From contig SKRM01000017.1 in NCBI GenBank assembly GCA_007118495.1, forward strand, positions 8,675 through 72,674: a DNA stretch of 64,000 bases, in the 5' to 3' direction. Shown piece after piece: positions 17,203 to 26,557 of this stretch (position 1 is the first letter of the stretch; every line of letters starts with the position of its first letter). The DNA comes from Bacteroidales bacterium (GTDB lineage: Bacteria; Bacteroidota; Bacteroidia; Bacteroidales; UBA7960). The translations under genes were made by a program, and so were the position numbers. The notes beneath the pieces are model-generated. The model was not told the DNA's origin. It did not search any database and worked only from the letters and a program-made list of their open reading frames with translations.

Positions 17203-18776
17203 TTCAATACCACCCCAAGCTGGATATATGTCCTGCCACCATCAAATGTGTCAGAGAATGGATGTACATAGTTCAGTCCGGCCTCAATATGGGTGTACAC
17301 GGGTCTGTGAAGTGTAAACGAAAAAGCGCGCGACAGCGCTGCTGAAATCGCAGCAAAATCAGTTGTCAGGTAGTCAAAGTCTGGCCTGGTGACCTGATTC
17401 AGTACAATATCACGGCCAACCTCTTCAAGGTATGGGTCTACAATTAATTCGCCCTGCATGGCAAAACCACCTTCCATTCCAACCGATAGTAACAGTCTTT
17501 TATCATTACCCACATACCGGTGGGTTTGCAGTGAAACACGAAGTTGATCATGAAGCAGTTCCGATCTGGGATTCCTGTATATGAAATTTCTTTGTGTATA
17601 ATATAGTGAGACATCGTACAACCATGCATAACCACCCACCCCATCGGGCATGCTTACAGTGTATCCAAGTTGTCCGTTCATCTGGCTGATATCGGTCCTT
17701 ACTGTACTGAAAACCGTAAACCATATGAACTCGGCAGGATCATATTCCTGCACAAACTCAGTCCCAAAACCCTGGCTGAATGATAGTCGCATATTCAATT
17801 TATGGTTCAAGCCTGGTTTACTCCAAAGAATACTGCTACCCAATTCTGTTGAAAACTGCGAGAAATCACCTGCTTTTTGACCGCTTGTCCCACCATCTAC
17901 AATGGTTTCATTCCTGAAATCTATTCCGGCACTGCTTAACCAGTTATAACCATTCCCGCTCAGGTTAAACTGCAGAGCCCCCCCAATTGTGTTGCCTTCG
18001 CAAAACCTGCTGTATGTTGTCATAAACGCTGAATGATATTCACCCAGCCCCAGCAAATGGTAATACCTGAAGTTATCATCTCTGTTTCTGATCCGGATAC
18101 TGATATCCTCACGAAATTCCCTGTAATTAAAAGTAAGGCCCAGTGAGGTTCTTACACCCAATCCAATGATGGCTGAAGGTGAAAACGTAAGGTCTTTAAG
18201 CCGATTGAGTGGACGTGGGTCATTCTGACGCGCTCCGCTGCCTACCTGGTATGAAACAGATGCTCCATAACGAAGAAATCCAAACACCTCTTGTGATGCC
18301 AGCCTTGCAGCCATGTTAAAAAACTGCTTATTCCAGTCACCACCCCTGTCGTCGGCAAAAATATAGGGGTTTCCACTGTACGGGTAAAGCACATCAGTCC
18401 ACCGCAGGTTGTTGTCGCTTTGGTGGGTATATGAAAACGCTCCCCACACATGCAGGTTGTCAAGTTCTGTAAACTTTTCAGTAGAAAATTTCCATCGCCT
18501 CTGATTTTCTGCCTGCTGGGGTCTTCTGAATACACCATCGGTGTGCAGCAATTCAACCCCCGCAAGCCCATGCTGCGGAAGACCCTGAATGGTCAGGCCA
18601 GCTGCATTTCCGCTTAACCACCAAAGGTTGTGATGTTTTGCAAAATCCATCGACGTACTCTGCAAAAAACTGTTAGCTGTTGCCACAGAACCAACCTCAA
18701 GAGAGTATGCCTTTGCCGGAACAAAGAATATACAGCTTAAGACAAATAATCTCAAAAAACAAAGCATGGTATTCAA
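17196..18776 (-). CDS. Hypothetical outer-membrane beta-barrel protein (from memory, resembles DUF6850-type barrels found beside such TonB receptors)
   Basis: 526 aa with a signal peptide (CFLRLFVLSCIFFVPAKA). Tyr/Gly-rich strands and a C-terminus QLGVVLNY. Last gene of the operon; convergent 7-nt overlap with the response regulator. Confidence 0.5.
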   Translation of the reverse strand: MNTMLCFLRLFVLSCIFFVPAKAYSLEVGSVATANSFLQSTSMDFAKHHNLWWLSGNAAGLTIQGLPQHGLAGVELLHTDGVFRRPQQAENQRRWKFSTEKFTELDNLHVWGAFSYTHQSDNNLRWTDVLYPYSGNPYIFADDRGGDWNKQFFNMAARLASQEVFGFLRYGASVSYQVGSGARQNDPRPLNRLKDLTFSPSAIIGLGVRTSLGLTFNYREFREDISIRIRNRDDNFRYYHLLGLGEYHSAFMTTYSRFCEGNTIGGALQFNLSGNGYNWLSSAGIDFRNETIVDGGTSGQKAGDFSQFSTELGSSILWSKPGLNHKLNMRLSFSQGFGTEFVQEYDPAEFIWFTVFSTVRTDISQMNGQLGYTVSMPDGVGGYAWLYDVSLYYTQRNFIYRNPRSELLHDQLRVSLQTHRYVGNDKRLLLSVGMEGGFAMQGELIVDPYLEEVGRDIVLNQVTRPDFDYLTTDFAAISAALSRAFSFTLHRPVYTHIEAGLNYVHPFSDTFDGGRTYIQLGVVLNY

Positions 18777-18784
18777 AAGTCAAA

Positions 18785-20017
18785 TTAGTCAAATGTTTTG
18801 GGTGTCGGAGGTGAGATCACCTCAAAGTCGATGGCAGAGTTATTGGTGTCTTGCAGCACAATGCGCCCACCTATTTCTGTTCTGACCTTTCTTCTGATGC
18901 TTTCATTCACATAGCTCCCTGAGCAATAGATAAATCCTGCGTCAATAGAAGGAGGCAGCCTCTTGTTCTGTCCGTGCTCAGCATCAGCCAGGGCTTCAAC
19001 ACCATCAATGACCATGTCAACAGGAATACGCACGTACTCCTGATTTGAAATTGATCCCGGTCTGGTAAACCTGGGCAGGGTGTCAATTTCATCACAGCGC
19101 CAGATGATCATACCCGGGCCCCTGACATGCAGCACATAATCAATCCCCATAAATGCAAAATGCTCAAGGATCATATTTGGCACATCCGGGTTGTCAAAAT
19201 CTCTTCCATCTTCTCTCTCAACATAATACTCGAAATCTGAAACTGGAGATGAGAGGTCAATTGAGTTGGCATTTTGTTCTCTGTGGTCAAATCCGTTTTG
19301 AGATATGACAATGCTCTGTCCAGGGCTGAGCGGATAGTCGTTTCCACTTCCGGGAATCCTCCAGATGGTTTGCGCATAAACATGGTCGTGGTCATTTCGC
19401 CATGGAGAAGGGTTGGGTCCGGATGGGTTACCCATGATATCTGATATGAGCAATCCATCCACATAAATTACTTCAGTTGAATTGTTAAATATCTCCATGA
19501 ATTGATCTGCATAGTATGTTCCATCATTGGGTGTACGTGAACCCGAATAAAATATTTCCTTAAACACCAGGTCTCCGGCCCTGGAACTGGCCAGGTTCAT
19601 GTAATACCTGGTTTCAGCCTCCCCATGAATATATACATTACTTCGCTGGGCACTGAGCATGACCTCTTCAGGAATACCTATGAGCTCGGCACAACGTTCA
19701 GCCGTCAGGGTTTCTGAAACACTGATATCATATATCCCAAAAGGCGGGTTGTTAAACATGGCCACTCCCTGTTCATTTGTCTGTTCATGCATCACAAAGC
19801 CTGTTTGCCGGTTAACAATCTTAACCTCAACATCGCTTGCAAACTGTTCTGTAAAATGCTCAGGAAAATAAAGCACAACCTCTATTGATACAACCGGGTC
19901 TTCATCGATGGTGCATGCCTTAAACAAAATCAATACCGATAATAGCATGAGCCTGATGGCTGATATGGCGGTTGTTTTGGTACTCCTGGTTATATGTGGT
20001 TTGGATGTCATCATCAA
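18785..20017 (-). CDS. Surface lipoprotein with lamin-tail-domain (LTD)-like module (from memory, DUF4876-like)
   Basis: Lipobox LILFKAC. The N-terminal region looks like an Ig/CarboxypepD-like fold. GDLVFKEIFYSGSRTPNDGTYYADQFMEIFNNSTEVIYVDGLLISD resembles the LTD signature (ISE..Y......D.EFIELYN....VDLSG). Confidence 0.5.
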   Translation of the reverse strand: MMMTSKPHITRSTKTTAISAIRLMLLSVLILFKACTIDEDPVVSIEVVLYFPEHFTEQFASDVEVKIVNRQTGFVMHEQTNEQGVAMFNNPPFGIYDISVSETLTAERCAELIGIPEEVMLSAQRSNVYIHGEAETRYYMNLASSRAGDLVFKEIFYSGSRTPNDGTYYADQFMEIFNNSTEVIYVDGLLISDIMGNPSGPNPSPWRNDHDHVYAQTIWRIPGSGNDYPLSPGQSIVISQNGFDHREQNANSIDLSSPVSDFEYYVEREDGRDFDNPDVPNMILEHFAFMGIDYVLHVRGPGMIIWRCDEIDTLPRFTRPGSISNQEYVRIPVDMVIDGVEALADAEHGQNKRLPPSIDAGFIYCSGSYVNESIRRKVRTEIGGRIVLQDTNNSAIDFEVISPPTPKTFD

Positions 20018-20027
20018 ATTCTTTTTA

Positions 20028-22763
20028 CTAGATGGTTATGGATAATTCCGTTCCAAAAAAGATGGAGGGGTTTCGCTGGGTAAATCCACCAAAGCGTGTA
20101 CTCCTGTGCATGGGTTGATGTGAAAACATATTGTTCACAAAAAAGGCAAACCCAATATCCTTACTGATGTCTTTTGATAGCCTCAGGTTAAAAAGCCACA
20201 AGGGTGGCCAGTATTCCTGGTTTAAAAGGTTGGGATTGACCGGCATGACCAAATCACTGAACTCAGGCGATCTGGCCTCTTCAGGAGTTATAAATATATG
20301 TTCTCCCAACCTGTTAATATAGCCAACCGGATATTCCCTTACTTTGAGATGATCATTTATGCTGATCCATGTAGTTTGCACAGTGAGTGATACCACAAAG
20401 CTCAGTTCGGGGATATTGTGAACAACACGCATGGCGCTTGAGAATCTTTCGTCTCTCCTGCCCCTGGTTCCAACCGGGTAAATGCCAACCCGTTGAGGTT
20501 GTGTTATTGTCCCGGTGGTGTTCAAAAAGTAGTCATAATCGTTTGAACCGCTCTCTGACCTCATCCAGGCCCCATTAAGGTAAAATGAGGTATTGATTGC
20601 ATCTATTCTGCCAAGGTCGAAATCAAATTCAAGACCCCGGTTATAACTTACATTGGTGTTGGAAGGTCTTCTGAGGGCCACAAAGAATGTATCCACCCGG
20701 CTGGGGTTGTCAGGGTCATATTGTGGTGGACTACCGGGATTTGGAATCAGATCATCATGAATCCATCTGGGAAATGTAATGGGTATATAGCTTGTTTGTA
20801 TACCCAGTCCACCTGTGAGTTGTTCATCAAAGATAGTTATACTGAAACGACGATCCCAGAGCGAAAGATCCACTCCAATCTCTATTTTTTCATTCTGGCT
20901 GGCTGTGACTTCAGGATTCTCCGTTGGAAATACCCGTGTGGTTAATAGCACCAGTCGTTCAGATGGTTCCTGTGCAAAATAATTCAGGCTGATCAGGTCA
21001 TAATATGCATCATTTGGATATAAATGCATTAAAGCAGGTGATTTGGCCGTTATTCCGAAACCACCTCTCAGGCTCAGCTTTTCTGAAACAGCGTACCTTG
21101 CATTGACCCTGGGGGCCAGCACCCTGATATTATATGAAGCAGGCTGTATATGGTCAAAGCGCAGTCCAAGCTGCAGGCTGTATTCCCTTCCGAGTAAATA
21201 CCCTGAAATATTGTTCTCAGCAAACAAGGCATATTGATGCAAGAAGGGGATTTCATCAAAACCCCTGGGTCTTGAACCAGAAACTTCAAGGCGGGGTGGT
21301 CTGGTCGTATCATACATATATCCTTTCCCTGTATTACCATCTGTCCGCCAATCGAATCCAACCATAAAACGGTGTCTTGCGCCTAAGAACTCCCTCAAAA
21401 AACTGTTAGTAACCTTGATGAAAAGATTCAGGGGTTTGCCTTCAACCGTATACGCGGCCAGGTATTCGCTGGGGATAAAATTGGCAGGCATCAGGGTATC
21501 AACCATCGAAGTTGCAAGGGGATAGGCAGATCCTGATATCATATTTTCATACTTGCCCAACTGCTGTGTATAACTAAAAGACAAATTATATCGCAGGTTG
21601 GTTGAAAGGGGGTGTTCAAGGTTCACGCGTCCACTGGTGTTAAAACGGATTCCCCTGTCGCTTGAAGATCGTGATGATCTTGTACGTGTGTCATCGGGGT
21701 CGTCTCTGGTTTCGTCAAGACTTGAGAACATAGACAACCTGGTTGTGGTATGCAGGGGGCGATGGCTGAAAAATGACCTGGAATAAGAAAGTTGGCCGGT
21801 AACCCTGTCATAACCTTCAAACAAAAAACGTGGATCACCTGTTGACCGGGCATAGTCCATATCAACATTCAGACTTCCGGCCTGCGGCCCTAAATCATAG
21901 CCCTTGCCAAATGAGAACACTGAGCTGTTTGGATTGATTCTGGTGCGGACAGAATAGGGTGATCTGCCAGCCCGGGTTTGCACAATCACAGCACCCGAAG
22001 TCAGGTCACCATGTTCAACCGAAGGGATCCCCCTGATAACTTCAATAGACTCAATATTGTCGGTTGAAATTTGCCTGGTATCTACACCCTGACCGGCTAC
22101 AGAGGTAAATGCACCTGTTTGTCTGCCCAGGGCAGTCGACTCAATCTGAAGGTTCGCATTGTTTGATATGGGTACACCATCCATTAAAATGGCCGTACCA
22201 TAGGCATTCACTCCACTGCTTTGCACCTGACGAAGTGAGATCTGCCCCGGATTCATTAAGTCGGGGTTTTCAGCCAGATGTCCGGGTAATAATTGCATGA
22301 TATCTGTCAGGTTGGTTGCCTGCAAGTGCTCAATGGCTCCCCTTGAAATGGTTGAACTGGTTGATGCACCTGACCTGCTTTCTCTGGCTGTAACAGTAAC
22401 CTCCTGCAAGCTCAGTGAAGTGGGGTCCATCATGAATACAAATTCGTAAATCTTTGTTTCTTTGATTTCTAAAATTTCAACTGTGGGTTCCATGCCCAAT
22501 CGTTGGAAAAAGATGTTCACATTACCTCTTGGCACCTGGTTAAAGTAAAAGACACCTTTGTCATTACTGATAGACGACATATTGTACTCAATAAGTGTAA
22601 TGGCCACGAAATCGAGCGGTTCTTCAGTGGTTGAATCAATGATCAGACCGCTGATGGCCGCATAGCCGTCGATGAGTCTGGGGCCGTCTCCCCTGCCTTG
22701 TGAAATGGCATAAAGTGGAACAAGGTGGATCAAAAACACCAGAAACAATGTATTAAACTTCAT
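20028..22763 (-). CDS. TonB-dependent outer-membrane receptor with N-terminal carboxypeptidase-regulatory-like domain (no SusD partner)
   Basis: The start is moved to MKFNTLFLVFLIHLVPLYA (signal). CarboxypepD_reg-like GLIIDSTTEEPLDFVAITLIE...GVFYFNQVPRG. Plug IESIEVIRGIPSVEHGDLTSGAVIV. Long barrel. Confidence 0.85.
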   Translation of the reverse strand: MKFNTLFLVFLIHLVPLYAISQGRGDGPRLIDGYAAISGLIIDSTTEEPLDFVAITLIEYNMSSISNDKGVFYFNQVPRGNVNIFFQRLGMEPTVEILEIKETKIYEFVFMMDPTSLSLQEVTVTARESRSGASTSSTISRGAIEHLQATNLTDIMQLLPGHLAENPDLMNPGQISLRQVQSSGVNAYGTAILMDGVPISNNANLQIESTALGRQTGAFTSVAGQGVDTRQISTDNIESIEVIRGIPSVEHGDLTSGAVIVQTRAGRSPYSVRTRINPNSSVFSFGKGYDLGPQAGSLNVDMDYARSTGDPRFLFEGYDRVTGQLSYSRSFFSHRPLHTTTRLSMFSSLDETRDDPDDTRTRSSRSSSDRGIRFNTSGRVNLEHPLSTNLRYNLSFSYTQQLGKYENMISGSAYPLATSMVDTLMPANFIPSEYLAAYTVEGKPLNLFIKVTNSFLREFLGARHRFMVGFDWRTDGNTGKGYMYDTTRPPRLEVSGSRPRGFDEIPFLHQYALFAENNISGYLLGREYSLQLGLRFDHIQPASYNIRVLAPRVNARYAVSEKLSLRGGFGITAKSPALMHLYPNDAYYDLISLNYFAQEPSERLVLLTTRVFPTENPEVTASQNEKIEIGVDLSLWDRRFSITIFDEQLTGGLGIQTSYIPITFPRWIHDDLIPNPGSPPQYDPDNPSRVDTFFVALRRPSNTNVSYNRGLEFDFDLGRIDAINTSFYLNGAWMRSESGSNDYDYFLNTTGTITQPQRVGIYPVGTRGRRDERFSSAMRVVHNIPELSFVVSLTVQTTWISINDHLKVREYPVGYINRLGEHIFITPEEARSPEFSDLVMPVNPNLLNQEYWPPLWLFNLRLSKDISKDIGFAFFVNNMFSHQPMHRSTRFGGFTQRNPSIFFGTELSITI

Positions 22764-22782
22764 CTTTTCAGTATTGATAAGT

Positions 22783-24972
22783 TTACCAGACCAATTGCAA
22801 TTCATTCATAATATGTGATGATCGGGCAAAGTTGTCGGTGACAAAAAGGACATAACGGATATCCACATTAATTGCCCTGTTGGTTTCATCTGTATATATC
22901 ACGTTATTGTTCAATGACTCCCAGTTGCCACAAAATACCAGTCCGCTTATCTGCCCGCGGGCATTTATAACAGGGCTTCCCGAGTTGCCTCCTGTAATAT
23001 CATTATTGGTTATAAATGCTACAGCCAAAGGACCTTCTGTTGCATAGGGGCTAAAATCACCGTCTTCATAGAGTTCGTACAGCCGCTTAGGGACAACAAA
23101 TTCATGATGACCCGAATCTGCTTTTGCAATAACCCCGTCGAGGGTGGTAAAATAATCATAATATACGGCATCTCTGGGTGAATAACCCTGTACTGATCCG
23201 TAGCTCATCCGCATGGTAAAATTTGCATCCGGGTAAAGGGGGCTTTCTTCATGCATAATCCTGTATGCTTCAAGGTAAAGGTCTCTTCCGCGGGCATAAT
23301 CTGTATTGTGGGCATTATTCAGGTCTCTCAGCTCAATGGCCTTGTCATACACACTGACAGCATACCTGATAACCGGGTCTTCGCCAATAACCACCCGATC
23401 GGGATTCTCCAAAAAGGCATAAAACCTTTTCTGGTCTGTCAGAAACGACTCATCAAACATATGATCAACAAAACTATCTGAACAACCATCAAAATGTTCA
23501 TCAATCCAGGCAAATATGTCTGGCAGAAAATCTTCAGCCAATTGTTCACGAACCAGGTGGAACATGGCCTTAGAAACCTTTCTGTCAGTCGACGGGCTGT
23601 AAGAATCGTAGAATCCCCTCTGGCTGTTACCAAGGCGCTCGAGTGCCCGCTGCAATTCATCATCGTCCGGGTGGTCATCCTGATAAACCCTGTTGAATAT
23701 ATTGGCCCTGATTCCGGCAACATAAATTTCAGTGCCCATCAGCAGAGCCTCATTGAGCAATTGGTGGGCAAACAGGGTAGTTCTCCTCTGTCTGGTTACA
23801 TTTTCAATAATTGGCAGCGCTTCATGATAGTCATCATAGGTGGTTCCGGCAGAATAAAGCCAGTCAACAAATGCCTGTTCTCTTTGCTGTTTCACCTCAA
23901 CCGTATTGTTCACAGTCAATTGCTCGTACTGCCCCTGCGCCAGCTTTAAGCCATTGCCCGAGTTGAATACTGCAGAGGCATAATGGAGTCTGATCTCATC
24001 ATCATCAAGCATATCCTCACGGATAATCTGAAGTCTTTTTTCTCTGGCCATTATCCTGGCCGGAAGGCTTGTGTGCAAAAGTTCAGCAACCTCAAATGAA
24101 GTATAGTAACGCTGGCTTGATCCCGGGTAGCCAAGTGTCATGGCAAAGTCTCCTTCACTCACACCTTTTTGATCAAGTGTCAGAAAATGGTCGGGAGTAT
24201 AGGGAACGTTGTTTGCATCATATGATGCAGGTTGATTGGCCCCGTCGGCATAAACCCTTATAAACGCAAAGTCACCGGCATGCCGTGGCCAGATAAAGTT
24301 ATCGGTATCTCCCCCAAATTTCCCAATAGATGATGGGGGCGCACCAGCCAGACGCACATCATCGAATACTTCGTAAACAAACAACAATTGCTTTGCTCCC
24401 CTGAAAAAAGACATCACATATGCCCGGTAATGTGTCCCGGCGGTAGCCTCTCTTGTGATTTCCCGGTTGATTAACCTTCCGGAAGGCTCCGATCCTTGTT
24501 CGTCAACATGTGCAGCAATGCGGCTGTTGACCTTCTCTGTCACATCTCTGATTTCTCTCAGAAATGAAACGCTTAATCCATTTAGCGGAATCTCTTCATG
24601 AATGGAGTTAGCCCAATAACCATCAGTCAATATGTCATTGTCGAGGGTGCTGATGCGTTGCAAATGATCATAGATAACATGGTGATTGGTCAAAATGAGT
24701 CCCCTGTCTGAAACAACGCTTCCTGATCCCACATTTCCGACATTTACTATGGCTCTGAATAGTCCGCTTCCATCAGGTGCGTAAACATCTTCTGCTCCCA
24801 TCTCCCATCCGAGTTCTATCATTGAAGGCAGATTATATTCACCAATATAGGGTAATAACCACATACCTTCGTCTGCCCTCAGCGAGCCAGAAGACAGTGA
24901 ATATAGCAGAAACAGCACAAGCTGGGTTTTTCTTAACCACATAGTTTTTCGGTATAACAGGGCCCTGAACAT
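22783..24972 (-). CDS. S46 family dipeptidyl-peptidase (DPP7/DPP11 family)
   Basis: N-terminal ADEGMWLLP after the signal, catalytic His in LILTNHHV, and catalytic Ser in TGGNSGSPV. The Met at 24942 is an alternative start. The stop is 19 nt from the TonB receptor start. Confidence 0.88.
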   Translation of the reverse strand: MFRALLYRKTMWLRKTQLVLFLLYSLSSGSLRADEGMWLLPYIGEYNLPSMIELGWEMGAEDVYAPDGSGLFRAIVNVGNVGSGSVVSDRGLILTNHHVIYDHLQRISTLDNDILTDGYWANSIHEEIPLNGLSVSFLREIRDVTEKVNSRIAAHVDEQGSEPSGRLINREITREATAGTHYRAYVMSFFRGAKQLLFVYEVFDDVRLAGAPPSSIGKFGGDTDNFIWPRHAGDFAFIRVYADGANQPASYDANNVPYTPDHFLTLDQKGVSEGDFAMTLGYPGSSQRYYTSFEVAELLHTSLPARIMAREKRLQIIREDMLDDDEIRLHYASAVFNSGNGLKLAQGQYEQLTVNNTVEVKQQREQAFVDWLYSAGTTYDDYHEALPIIENVTRQRRTTLFAHQLLNEALLMGTEIYVAGIRANIFNRVYQDDHPDDDELQRALERLGNSQRGFYDSYSPSTDRKVSKAMFHLVREQLAEDFLPDIFAWIDEHFDGCSDSFVDHMFDESFLTDQKRFYAFLENPDRVVIGEDPVIRYAVSVYDKAIELRDLNNAHNTDYARGRDLYLEAYRIMHEESPLYPDANFTMRMSYGSVQGYSPRDAVYYDYFTTLDGVIAKADSGHHEFVVPKRLYELYEDGDFSPYATEGPLAVAFITNNDITGGNSGSPVINARGQISGLVFCGNWESLNNNVIYTDETNRAINVDIRYVLFVTDNFARSSHIMNELQLVW

Positions 24973-25051
24973 GGGTAGATAAAATTTATAGGAATAATGG
25001 ACACAAAAATATTAAATTATGTTGAAGGCTGCGTATCTTGACTATTCTCAA

Positions 25052-25071
25052 GGTGTTAAAATGTTGTTAAT
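25052..25071 (+). promoter_or_regulatory. Second copy of the 11-bp-phased TGTTAA(T/A) direct repeat (GGTGTTAAA-N2-GTTGTTAAT)
   Basis: It lies in the divergent S46/gltS intergenic region, 115 nt upstream of the gltS ATG. It has the same strand, phasing and core as the site at 15084-15103. Confidence 0.35.
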
Positions 25072-25185
25072 GGTTGCGTAAAAAACCGAAGTTATAGCCA
25101 GTCAGGGCGAATCCACAGGATTTTTGATATTCATTGGTGATTGTTCATAGGAAATCCTTTTCTTTGCTAACAAAAAATAAATCAC

Positions 25186-26550
25186 ATGGAAGGATTAACT
25201 GGCGTTTTCTTTAGTCTTTGTATTTTGCTTTTGTTTTTGCTCGCAGGAAAGGTTCTCCGGGCCAAAGTTAAACTGTTTCAGACCATCTTTTTACCAGCAT
25301 CCATTATCGGAGGTTTTCTTGCCCTGTTTTTCGGGCCATACCTGTTGGATGTTCTTCCGGGCTTTTTATTTGAAACCTGGAGCCAGATACCGGGTTTATT
25401 GATAAACATTGTTTTTGCAACCCTTTTTCTGGGAGTCCTGATACCGGGAATAAAAACCATGTGGGCACAAGGGGGCAGTCAACTATGTTTCGGAATGGTA
25501 GCCGGCACTGGTCAATATCTTATAGCCCTGCTGATTACAGTTTTGTTGCTGATACCCTTATTCAACGTACCCCCCATCTTTGCCACCATTCTTGAAATTG
25601 GTTTTGCCGGGGGACATGGTACGGCAGCTGGTATGCAGCAGGTTTTTGTTGAAATGGGATTCCCGGCAGGCTCCGCCCTGGCCCAGATGTCAGCTACTGT
25701 TGGTATTCTGGTCGCTGTTATTGGGGGCGTTTTTTATATCAACATTGCCATTCGACGCGGCTACTGCGTAAACCTTGACATGAACAAGGGGATTCCTGAC
25801 TATAAGAAAGTGGGGCTGATAAAAAAAGAAGATCATTTCACCTCTTCAAAAGCAACGGTAGCTTCAGAGTCAATCGAACCCCTGGCTTTCCATTTTTCAA
25901 TTGTAGGTGTAGCCATTCTTATTGGATGGGTCATGCTGGCAGGGGTCAGGCAAATCCATCCGATTCTGGGCGGATTTCCTCTGTTCCCCCTGGCTATGAT
26001 GGGAGGTATGATTGTACAGGCAGTTTCAGTGCCTCTTAAAGTGAGTCAGTATTTTGATCGCATGACATTTGAAAGGATACTCGGTCTTTCACTCGATGTT
26101 CTCGTGGTGGCAGCCATTGCCTCCATAAGGCTTGATCTTTTTCTGGAACACCTCTGGCCCTTTCTGATACTCATGGCAGCAGGTATTGCCTGGCTGTTCT
26201 TTTGCCTGACTATTCTGGCACCCAGAATGTTTCCCTATAACTGGCTTGAAAGAGGTGTTACTGAATATGGCATGCAAAGTGGTGTAACGGCCATGGGTTT
26301 GCTGCTGCTCAGACTGGTCGACCCACAATATAAAACCGATACGGCTCAGGCATTTGGATTTAAGCAAATGCTTTACGAACCATTTCTCGGAGGGGGTTTT
26401 ATCACAGCAACTGCTCCATTTATTGTAGCCAGTCTTGGGATATGGTATTCAATATATGCTGCCGCCGGAATCATGCTGTTGTTTATCATCATATCATGGC
26501 TCAATGGATGGGCCAGCCTGAAGGCAACCAGCAAAAAGGTAAAACGTTAA
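25186..26550 (+). CDS. gltS: Sodium/glutamate symporter (GltS family)
   Basis: 454 aa, polytopic. N-terminus LLLFLLAGKVLRAKVKLFQTIFLPASIIGGFLAL and a two-repeat topology typical of GltS. Confidence 0.8.
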   Translation: MEGLTGVFFSLCILLLFLLAGKVLRAKVKLFQTIFLPASIIGGFLALFFGPYLLDVLPGFLFETWSQIPGLLINIVFATLFLGVLIPGIKTMWAQGGSQLCFGMVAGTGQYLIALLITVLLLIPLFNVPPIFATILEIGFAGGHGTAAGMQQVFVEMGFPAGSALAQMSATVGILVAVIGGVFYINIAIRRGYCVNLDMNKGIPDYKKVGLIKKEDHFTSSKATVASESIEPLAFHFSIVGVAILIGWVMLAGVRQIHPILGGFPLFPLAMMGGMIVQAVSVPLKVSQYFDRMTFERILGLSLDVLVVAAIASIRLDLFLEHLWPFLILMAAGIAWLFFCLTILAPRMFPYNWLERGVTEYGMQSGVTAMGLLLLRLVDPQYKTDTAQAFGFKQMLYEPFLGGGFITATAPFIVASLGIWYSIYAAAGIMLLFIIISWLNGWASLKATSKKVKR

Positions 26551-26557
26551 ACAAGGG

